Position numbers and translations under genes: made by a program. Under the pieces are notes generated by a model. The model saw only the letters and a list, made by a program, of their open reading frames with translations. It was not told where the DNA came from and searched no databases. A DNA stretch of 64,000 nt from Ramazzottius varieornatus (taxonomy: Eukaryota; Animalia; Tardigrada), in NCBI GenBank assembly GCA_001949185.1, contig BDGG01000001.1, positions 7,824,149 to 7,888,148 on the forward strand, in the 5' to 3' direction. Within the stretch, counting starts at the first letter, position 1. Each line of letters starts with the position of its first letter. Below, one piece after another: positions 23,198-33,146 of the stretch.

Positions 23198-24919
23198 ATG
23201 ATGTTCACCTTCCCCATCTTGATTGCACTGAGCAGCTTTACCTTAGCATGGAGTGTAGCTCAAGCGTTCGAAGTGCCGTCACATTCTTCAATGCGACCTC
23301 CTACTCCTCCCGCTCCCCCTCCAAAGTCCCCACCCTCTTTCCAGGAAGCTAAGAGTAAGTAGGTAGGTATTTTTTGCGAATTGCGCACTTACTCCTTCTC
23401 GACCATTATCTCGCTCGATCCATGGCGACTGCGTCAACACGGTTAATTCGCAGAGATTTTGGCTGAGGCCATAACTACGCTCAAGCCGGCGCAGCTTCGT
23501 GACGGGCTTTTGCGTTCAGCGGAAGGCGGTTTTATGGGATCGGCTGAAGGTATCGGGGGACTCTTGGCTCAGTTACTAAAACTGGAAGCTCTAATGGCTG
23601 CCCTGTCACCGCCCGCCGCTTCACCGCCTGCATCAGGCAGTGGCGCCGCTCCCCCGGCACCACCACCAGCCGCTGGAACTCCACCAGCCGGTGGGACCCC
23701 ACCAGCGGCCGGCTCTCCACCAGCGGGCGCTCCTCCGCCTGCGGGCGGCTCTCCTCCGGATTTGTCGAAGCTGTTATCCCGTAAGCTAGCCTTACTTTGT
23801 CGGTTCGATGCTATGCAAAGGCAGACATGTGTACTTTCCAGTGATGGCGTTGTCGGGCGGCTTTGGAAGTGGCGACGACGCGGATGAAATGGCACTTGGA
23901 TATGACGACAGAAATACGGTCAACTGCACTTCCGACGGGATAACGCGCGGCATTTGCGATTCCCATGTATATTGAGAGTGATGGACGCTCTCTTGGCCAT
24001 ACAGCGCGCAGACTGAGCCGTACATATTTTTTGCTCTTTTTGCAGAACAGCATCAACAACTTGATAACCTTCCCGGATCACGTCTTGGCCGTGGGTGCAG
24101 AAGATGTCTTCAAGGTTGCGGCGGACGGTACGCCAATCGATGCCTTTGGAGACCCGAAGTTCTACGTCTTCCAGAAGCTCAACGGCACGCCCACGGCCAG
24201 TCTACAGATCGAACACCTCTTCTACGTGTTTTTCGTAAGTGACTTTAAAGGTCTCGTTGTGTACCTGTGTTTTATTGCGGTATCAGTGGCTTTCGTGTTT
24301 AGGGAACGGAGGTAGCCTTACTGAACAATCAGACCAGCGCCACTTTCCACCAACGATTGCCTGTCAGAGATCTGTTCTTCAAAGTCGATCGGCCTGTAAT
24401 CGGAGCCTTCCGATTCAACGACCATACTCTGACGATATTTTACGGTAAGTGCGCATATTTAATTTTCATAAATCAAAGGTGGTGAAAATCGTGACCGTGT
24501 CTTGCAGAAACCCACTTCGTTTTCTATCAACCACTGATGAATCCGCCCATTGATCCTCGCTTCAGTCCACAGCCAAATTCCGTCATTCCAAACGGTCCCG
24601 ACAAGATTGATGGAGCACTGCAGATAAATGGCACCAAGTATGGGCTCGAAATATTGGTTCCTACAGATATTGAACACGAGATGTGACGTTAACGTTATTT
24701 CATTGTAGTTTCCTGTATCGACAAGGATGGTTGTATGAAATTGCCAAGAACGAGATGGTGGTAAGTCCATGTTGAAGCATCCCTACTGTAACAGGTCCAG
24801 ACAGGAGCCTCCAAAAAAGCTGTGTTTTCTTTGCTATGCAGGTGGTGGCTAAACGTCCTCTCCGCAAATCCAGAGGGGATTCTGGATGGATAAAATGCGG
24901 GCAACAGTCCTGTAACTAG
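23198..24919 (+). CDS. Secreted Pro/Ala/Gly-rich + hemopexin-domain protein C (HPX-C), 8 coding exons
   Basis: Signal peptide MMFTFPILIALSSFTLAWSVAQA, PPA(A/G)G repeats, then CTSDGITRGICD and four divergent blades (SINNLITF; TASLQI..YVFFG; VIGAFRFNDHT; IDGALQI..FLYRQGWLYEI), ending GWIKCGQQSCN*. Intron positions match HPX-A and HPX-B. Confidence 0.82.
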
Positions 24920-25822
24920 GCTTTGGCTACTCTTTCCGTCCACTTCCCTCTTGGCGTTCGATGTCCTTGTGACCTTGTCGGTTAATCGAACGAAATAATC
25001 GCTGATGCTAATATGTGACAGTCGTTGTGACGTGTTCAGAACTTGCGTACGTGCGGTACACTGATAGCTTTATTTTTTTATCTCCACGAAAAGAAAAGAA
25101 AAGTTAACTTTAGCAGAACGGACTCATGGAAGAGTGCTACAGTAGTTCTGTTCGACAGCGTTCCCGAGGGTCGGAGCTAGAACATTCTACCAACATAATA
25201 CTGTATTAGCAAAGGGAATCCTTAGACCTTCAAATGTACCTAGGGTTCACGACTTCGATGTTTCTGCGTTTCCGAAGTGCTTCTGTATTTCCGAGTCAGG
25301 TTCTCTTCCTGCGAGTTTTGTTTGTCTTTACCATAGTCCGGTCGTTCGAAATGCGTACCAAATTTTTGGATTTCTAAAACGCGAAAATCATTCAAAGTCA
25401 TATGCAAGAACGAGCAAGTACTTGCGGACGAACCACGGGTTGGACATAAAGATACCGGAACCTGGGAAGGTGCATGTGAGAGCAAACTGAGACGGTGTTG
25501 CCGTATGGTTAGCTTCAAAGTCAACTGATGGAGGCGTTTTTGCTTCTGAAAGTTGTATCTTCCTTGGTAAAAACCTTTTGTTGCCTTCATCGGCGCTTTT
25601 ATCCGTGCGCCTGAATGAGTAGGTCGGTGCTTTTCTGAATCTGTTCCGACTAGCGTCAGAACCGTTGCAGGACGTGTTCGTTCTTACTGTCGTATTATCA
25701 TTGACCACAATTTGAAATTCATTGACCACAATTTGGACTGTACTTGAAGCACGAGGGTTACTTAAACCGGGTAAATTTTTCAATAGCATTTCAATAGCAT
25801 TTTTCAGTAGCATTATTCAATG

Positions 25823-26505
25823 AAAAACCGGGCCGTTGGGTCTTGACGGACAGTAGAACCACGTCAGGTAAGACAATCAATTAATGGGCAATGAAATGAT
25901 GTTCACGCTTAATGAAGAGATTGACGCCTAAATGATATTCACGCTTTCATTTAATCAGTACACCAGCAGGACGTCCACATAAAGCCAGAGCAGGAACCGC
26001 CACCTTTGGATCCTTTATCTATGCAGCACTGGTTACAGTTTCCTCCGTTACCCATTGGACAACCGGGACATCCGTCGTAGCCTGCCAAGGCTTGATCGAT
26101 AACTGCAATACCGACGAGCAATTTTAGGGCGACGTGTTTCTCTTGGAAATGTTCTGCGGAACAATGAGAAGCCGTGATGTCTACTTACCGAGGAAGCTGC
26201 ACACCACAACGAGGACGAAAAGAACAGCGTATTTCATGGTGAGCGTTTGCAGTAACCGGGAAACGAAGAAGCCAGTAAGTAGGCAACCGATGGGGAAAGG
26301 CAAACTGCATGTGCCAACCAAGTAAAGTGCGACAGTATCTAAACAATCGAAAGGTGTCACGGCTTTTATACTGCAAGAATAACTAGCTATCTATCCGTCT
26401 TTTGCGCAGAAACAGTGAGTAATTGTCGTCACAACTGTCTGCTTTCGCCGAAAGTGTCATGCAAAGAGAGATAACCATCACGGAAGTTGGTCCGAACCGT
26501 ACCAT
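25823..26505 (-). repeat. Arm 2 of the inverted duplication (runs into an assembly gap)
   Basis: Reverse complement of 13726-14570 with one internal deletion. Confidence 0.92.
25951..26237 (-). CDS. Secreted 8-Cys defensin-like peptide, copy 2
   Basis: Same 2-exon structure as copy 1. One coding change (AGT>GGT, giving CPMGNGG instead of CPMSNGG) and 3 intronic substitutions. Confidence 0.85.
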
Positions 26506-26555
26506 NNNNNNNNNNNNNNNNNNNNNNNNNNNNNNNNNNNNNNNNNNNNNNNNNN
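26506..26555. other. Assembly gap (50 N)
   Basis: Run of N. Confidence 1.
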
Positions 26556-27633
26556 CCCATCGGTTGCCTACTTACTGGCTTCTTCCCCTATCGATCACAT
26601 TCCTGCAGAACTCAACAATGCGGTCATCGCTGATAAATCAGCCGACTTCTGTTTGCCGTAATGCGGATTACTGAAGTCATTGCGGACAACATTTCCTCTA
26701 AATGACTCAGTGGAGACAAATTAATCATTCCCACAAAATCCTTAATGACGTACCACTGTAGTGGAATTCATTTTCAGTTAATACTTATCAAGTCTGAGTT
26801 TTGCTGAGATCTAAAGTCATGCAAGCTTAAATTGTCAACCGACGGTCTTTCCATCAGTATTTAATTTTCTTCCCCAGCTGTCTCCTCCTTAAATATACAG
26901 CGAGACGCGGCAGTGAAAAGAAAAGCCCAGCAAGTGGCGTTACAGCTAACAAATAATATTATCCGCCGGTGCAAACGCTACGGTAAAATATGGAATATAA
27001 TAGCACAATGGGATCCAATCACGTTCAAAGTTTATGGGGGAGCTACGAATCGCAAGTTTTCGTAAAAAATCGGTTGTTTACGGTCGACCGATGGCCCTGT
27101 TCTCACTCGACCTTTTTGCATTCGGGAAAGGCTTTCTTCATGATTTCAGCAAGAAAACGGGCTAGCGTTCTCCTGTCTTGCGAACTGACCAGTGCTTCCG
27201 GGAATTCGCTTCGCAGTCTTCTGTTCACCTCGTCAAGGGACAGAGTTCCGGCTTTGTCGACCACCACTGCATTTCGTAAGAAACTTGCGAGCTGCAGCCG
27301 AACAGCTGTGTTTGTCCTTCTGTGAATTTTGGATTCAGCATTGGGTACGGCTCACAGAGGAATCAGTGGCGTTGTGTCTATAAAATAAAACAGTTTTCAG
27401 GTTTATAGAAACAACAAGGTTTCTGATGATCACTGATCACGTGGTTGAGTGCGCGATAATTCGGTAGCGTTATAGTGCTGTATTGCCACAACATATGTAA
27501 AAAAATCAATGAAGATCGGGTTTCGAACTCGAGCTAATCTGCAGCCAGCGTGAGAAGCACCACAAATAACCACGCTTCCAAGGGAGTGGTCAAAGTACAC
27601 AGTGTCACAGCGTGGCATGTTGGAGTCTTTGGC

Positions 27634-28083
27634 NNNNNNNNNNNNNNNNNNNNNNNNNNNNNNNNNNNNNNNNNNNNNNNNNNNNNNNNNNNNNNNNNNN
27701 NNNNNNNNNNNNNNNNNNNNNNNNNNNNNNNNNNNNNNNNNNNNNNNNNNNNNNNNNNNNNNNNNNNNNNNNNNNNNNNNNNNNNNNNNNNNNNNNNNNN
27801 NNNNNNNNNNNNNNNNNNNNNNNNNNNNNNNNNNNNNNNNNNNNNNNNNNNNNNNNNNNNNNNNNNNNNNNNNNNNNNNNNNNNNNNNNNNNNNNNNNNN
27901 NNNNNNNNNNNNNNNNNNNNNNNNNNNNNNNNNNNNNNNNNNNNNNNNNNNNNNNNNNNNNNNNNNNNNNNNNNNNNNNNNNNNNNNNNNNNNNNNNNNN
28001 NNNNNNNNNNNNNNNNNNNNNNNNNNNNNNNNNNNNNNNNNNNNNNNNNNNNNNNNNNNNNNNNNNNNNNNNNNNNNNNNNNN
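27634..28083. other. Assembly gap (450 N)
   Basis: Run of N. Confidence 1.
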
Positions 28084-28783
28084 CCGGCGCCAAAGCGACT
28101 AATAGCCCATATGGGTTGTAAGTTACTCATCATAACCGAAAACGATATTTGATAACGGTAGACACAAACAAATATTCTGCTTGGAGTGTACAAACCTGTG
28201 CTGGCCTGCATAACCAGTGGAGTGGAATTATTTTCCTGGCCGACGTCCAGCAGTACCGGTCCAAAAGCTGTCACGTTCTGCGGCGTTGGGAAGGAGTGCG
28301 AAGGGACATCGACCACACCGAGACGCAAGTTCGGAGGTTGATGTCCGGTCAAGTTCGTAGGAGAAGGTTCAACAGGCTCTGGAGAACGACCGTAGGTAGG
28401 AGGACTGGCAGATTGAGCGTACGAGAAGGATGCTTCGGGGTGCGGAACAGGAGGAAGAACGGGAGCGATGTGGTTTGTGGTCGGAAGAGAAACCTCAGGT
28501 TCCTCAGTGCGTGTGGCCAGTTCCTCTGTAACAGTTTCAGGGTCGCCTACGACAAAATACTAATGTCAGCAACATCGGGTATAATCGAACTGTAGTTGAA
28601 ATTGTTTCGGACAAAATGGAATGTCGACAAATGAATCCGCGTGGAATTTTTATGCCAAGTGGCGTAGGCTTTCGGCCAATAGCCTTGTACACGTGCGCCA
28701 CTTGGCAGTCCGGCAGTATTGTTTTCCCCACGTCGCGCAACCCCACGTATGGTGACAATGCAAAGGTGCGCCACTCAAGATAA

Positions 28784-29425
28784 CTACCTGGGTAGAATCA
28801 TTCGCCGACACCTGAAATATTCTGCAAAAATAAGGTGATAGGGTGACGCACCATAAGGAAATAGTGGAAGGTCCGAGGGTGCAAAGCGTATTTTCTTTCG
28901 GCTAAACTGACGAACCAATTTCATACAGTGCCGAAGACCATAGGCTGGCTCCCACGAGTCTTCTCCGGGGCAGTTTTTCCACCTGACGGAATAATGACGT
29001 ATTCCGCCGTGGAATTTAGAAAACGTAATTTCTTCGACCTCAAAAAGTTCATCCGGCACAGGAAGAGAGATATGACGGGAACGGGTACACTTCTTACTCC
29101 TTTTCACGTCCAGTTCTTCCAAACGCAACCTGACACGTTGATCTACAGCAAACTGGATAAATCTTTCAACCTCGTCCTTTGAAAAAGACATCACGTCTGA
29201 ATTCCGCTCGGAATTGGGCATATCTCCATACAATAACCGAACGTCCGAACCTATAATAGAACCACGACAAGATGGACATTTCCAAGTACTTTTATCCTCG
29301 TTAGCCAGTAATTCCTCCAGACACGAATGATGCAGGAAATGGCCACACAGTGAAGCAGCAGGTCTGTGCGCCGGAATTGGGAGATACTCCCTCAAACATA
29401 TGGAGCATTCAGGTTTTTCTCCCAT
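28784..29425 (-). CDS. RING-H2 finger + chromodomain protein (probably continues through further exons towards ~27100)
   Basis: RING-H2: CSIC...CGHFLHHSC...WKCPSCR. Chromodomain: FEVEEITFSKFHGGIRHYSVRWKNCPGEDSWEPAYGL..CMKLVRQF. A Pro/Thr-rich open frame with splice sites lies downstream at ~28546-28196. Confidence 0.75.
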   Translation of the reverse strand: MGEKPECSICLREYLPIPAHRPAASLCGHFLHHSCLEELLANEDKSTWKCPSCRGSIIGSDVRLLYGDMPNSERNSDVMSFSKDEVERFIQFAVDQRVRLRLEELDVKRSKKCTRSRHISLPVPDELFEVEEITFSKFHGGIRHYSVRWKNCPGEDSWEPAYGLRHCMKLVRQFSRKKIRFAPSDLPLFPYGASPYHLIFAEYFRCRRMILPR

Positions 29426-30239
29426 TTCCAACAGTAATTAAAATCTTCCTGGTGTACATACAATACCCGAACAATATTTCGTAATGGTCAGAAGTGATAC
29501 AATAATATCTAGCGCTGAAACCTTACCAAATTCAGCGACAGATGAAAACTCATATGAGTGCACTAGCAACAGATGTTTGTCTGTCCGTTCGAAATGCAAA
29601 GCGAGTTCGAAGAATGATTTATGGTCGTGTATCAACTCTTATCAAAACAACGCTTCTCCCTTCTCCCTTCTTGCGGCCAAGACGGCTATTGTCTTTCGTA
29701 AGGCCACCGTCTTGCGTCTATAGCTAGCTATGGCCTTTCTTCTAACGGGATATGCGCATCACGCATATATCTCTGATGCCGTCGCGGTTGAACTAGCCAT
29801 GGTGTATGACTGTCTCCTACAACTAGAGGTCTGTCTGGTAGAAGTTCCAGTAGGCATAGTGCCGAGTGTTGCTGTGCGGTTCTCCAGTGTTTTGCTCGTG
29901 TAAGGCACAGGTAATGGCTACAAGATGGGGTCAAGTTGAGCGCTATTATTGCATGAACTTGGGTAGCTCTTACTGCTATAAGTACTGTAGTTGACGTTTG
30001 GTAGTGCGTGATGCTTGAGCGTATCTGTAAGTGGATACGGTTAAGATCAACTTAATTTCTCGATTTGACTCATACAGTGATCGTCATGTACATAAGACGG
30101 TCGGACACTCAAACAACGGACAAACGGCCAAAGTATTGTAATATTACGGTACCTTCGGCGAAGTCTAGACGCAAAATTTTAATCAGGTACCGAAGGAATT
30201 AATCTAATTACGTTGTTCGGAAAATGTTAGCCGGCGGAC

Positions 30240-32829
30240 TCACAACGAACAATGAATCGCTACCACCGAGTATGACCATCTGCTTTGTGATGCTGGCAGT
30301 CTCCACCAAAACATAATCTCGCGATAATTGTACTTCGTAAACGTGCTTTTCACGCATCTATTTTCGCAGAAATCTTTTTCACTGCGAAGCATTAAATTAC
30401 CAAGCACTAAGGTTTGCAGGACGGATCCGGTGTCGACTGATAGTATGGCCACTATGTTCTTGACGGCAATGGCTTTCCCTGTCCTTTCAAAGACGATGCT
30501 TTCATTTCGGCAGGAGGCCTCGTTGTGTTTCCTTGTTCTTACCGGAATTCCTGCCTCAACCACAGCTCGTTTGAATAGATGAATTTCATCATCCGCCTAT
30601 ATGAAGCCGTGGTGGTCCGCGTATGCCATAACGGCTTGGGATATCCGCTTGGATGGAATCTTTTCTGGATTACCAATCAGCCGACATATTCCCGAAGGTC
30701 CTCTTGCGTAGAAAATTGACTCCGTCATCCCCATAATAGATCTGGCGGTACGTGTGACCAGTTGAGGAACGGATTCATTGCTGACTAGTTCTTCGACCAT
30801 CACAGCGCATTCTGTTAGAGTGCGGAAGTCGTTCATTATGCTCTTCGTGTTGTTATTTAGGGCACGAATGCGCCGACCAATTACCCCAATCTGGTTCTCA
30901 GGTCCATAGCAGGAAACGTTCTGGAAAGGCCCATGAATTTTGAGGGAAAGAGCCAGGTGTTGAACCAGGTGAAACGAAAACTTCATTTCCTCTTCTCCGA
31001 AATACCGTTCGAATTTCCGCAAAAACACGTTGCTCAGTCTGTCAACGATACTGATATCCATTTCGGAAATGGAGTCTTGCGTGGATAGCCATGCTATTCT
31101 ACTGGCCAGACAGAGGAGTGTGGAAGTCTTACGGGACTATGTCTTTCGTGACGTAAGGTGCGCCATGCTGGATGAAAAATCTTAGCTCGTGGGCTTTCAT
31201 TTTGTTATACTGGGCGATGCTTCTTGTTTTTTTGACTCGTGACCCGGAACCGCAATACTGAGCCATAAGGTGTCAATCTGTTTTATCTCACTTTTCGTTA
31301 GATTCAACACCTCCCCACCTTCCACTATCTGCCCCAGGAACCATCGAGACAAGCCTTCATCAAACATGTGCATGACGTCGATGAAAAAGGCGTTCACAGC
31401 ATCCATCTTCGGCCAGTCGGTAACCAATGAAGGTCTTCGGAATCCTTTTGTTCGCCTTTCATCCAGCAGGTACTTTCGGCGTTCGGTCGAGAGGGTATCC
31501 CACTGCGCAGTCATGTCGACAAAATCTTGGTGGCTTTTTAACGTGGGGTTTTTCACGTATTTGTAGCAGATCTGGTGTGCAATGCTTTCGCCCACCTAAG
31601 AAAGATGCATTTAGCATATTGAATCAGAATAGATTTTTGGGTCCAGAATATGACGTGCTTTATTTCTTCGGGTCGTGTTACCAACCTGCAGACAGTAGAT
31701 ACATCCCTGGCATGCGGAGTGAGACAAATGTCCATTTATGGTGGTGCGTTCCGGTGAATCAGAAAGGAAACCGTGGACGTACCCCGGAGAGTAATGTTCT
31801 TCGCCGAAAGCATCGATCCAGAGTATTGGCAGGAACGTGTTACTGTTCTCGTCCAGTTCTTGCAGCTGGAGGGTCAGTTTCATCACGAAACACTCACGAT
31901 CTTTGGGGAGATCTTCCCCCACCCACACAGCCGCGAGGTGCCACACACAGCGTCTGCCCCGGAGCGGCAAATCTAGAATCTGGACGAATATCAGGTACAT
32001 CTTCTTTGTGCTCTTGCTGAATTCTGCACCATCCGCGTGGAACAGAAAAATTATGTGCGACCTTGGCATGTCCATTTGCTGAAATCGGCTTCCATCAGTG
32101 ACGTCACGCAAAATTCCAGGGACACGTTCTTGACGAGGATCCACAAGCTTACCGTACTTGTGTAGCGCTTCTTCGTTTGTCTTCTTTCTCACCTGACGCT
32201 GGTAGGGGCAGATGTACACTATCTTCACATAATGGTTTCTTTTAATGTTAAGCAGGATCTTCAGTGATCTCGCGCTCTGGGGAAACTTCATTCGTTTCTT
32301 TGGGTCTGTCGGGCTCCATTTCCCATCAATCACCACAGCCATCACTTTGAGAAACTTGCCAAGCGTAGCGTTCGATGTTCCGGTGCTTTCCGCCACATAC
32401 AGTAACATACTTCAGACTTGGTTCAGCGTCCAGCCGTCGTTCGGGTCATTTGATGCCATCGGGACAAGCTCTGGTATATCTACAGAGAAGGAAGAAAGTG
32501 TTAGCTAGTGGTCACGATAACATGAGACTTGTCAAATAAGTCAATTAATCACTTTTGATACCCTCGATTGTTCTGTCCATGTCTAGCTGTCCCACGCTGC
32601 TGTCTATAGTCGTTTTTCCAGCATCATTCCCCTCCTCTTCCTCTCCTTCTTCCGACAATTCTTGATCGACACGGGTTGGTGACAGCTGATGAGGATTGCA
32701 CTCCCTCGATCGCGGTCGCTTACGACCTGGGCTGCCCCGGTCCGTCCCTAATCGATTCTTCTGGCTTTTCACAGCTGCAGCACACTTGGCCTTTAACCTG
32801 GAAATTCGGGTATTCTTCTGATACTCCAT
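30240..32829 (-). mobile_element. Degenerate CACTA/EnSpm-type (Transposase_21-like + DUF4218-like) transposase
   Basis: Motifs RDVTDGSRF, FHADG, ILDLPLRGR, AAVWVG, SDSPER..HSACQGCIYC, GFRRPS..IDVMHMFDEG, and YFGEEEMKFSFHLVQHL..HGPFQNVSCYGPEN. Interrupted by stops and frameshifts. No terminal repeats identified. Confidence 0.82.
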
Positions 32830-33146
32830 TTTTGGGGGTAATGGAAACTCAGTTTCTTAAGAATGACCATAAACCATGTCGATACGGTCAATGACGTAAT
32901 GCGGGTGTGGTTCTGTTCATTCTGTCTTTTTGCGTTCGTTGAAGTTTCGAGAAGTCACGGGTATTTGGACCGTGTGTGTCTAGAGTGGCAATTCCAAGTG
33001 TAGAGGGATAGTTTACGCACAGCCATAAAGCAGCGTTCAGTCAGAACAACCTGCAAGTTGCACATGGTGATGGTCGGAACCAACGGCTAAGTTTTCTTCC
33101 CTGGATTTAAATTATTTCATTCCTGTAATCCCCTGCTCACTTTACG

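Noticed and set aside
25240-25813. Minus-strand ORFs with a short direct repeat (CATTGACCACAATTTG twice)
   Set aside because: The ORF is partly generated by local duplications and has no domain support.
27534-28152. Long ORFs of 160-270 aa in the ORF track
   Set aside because: They are artefacts of translating through the 450-N gap.
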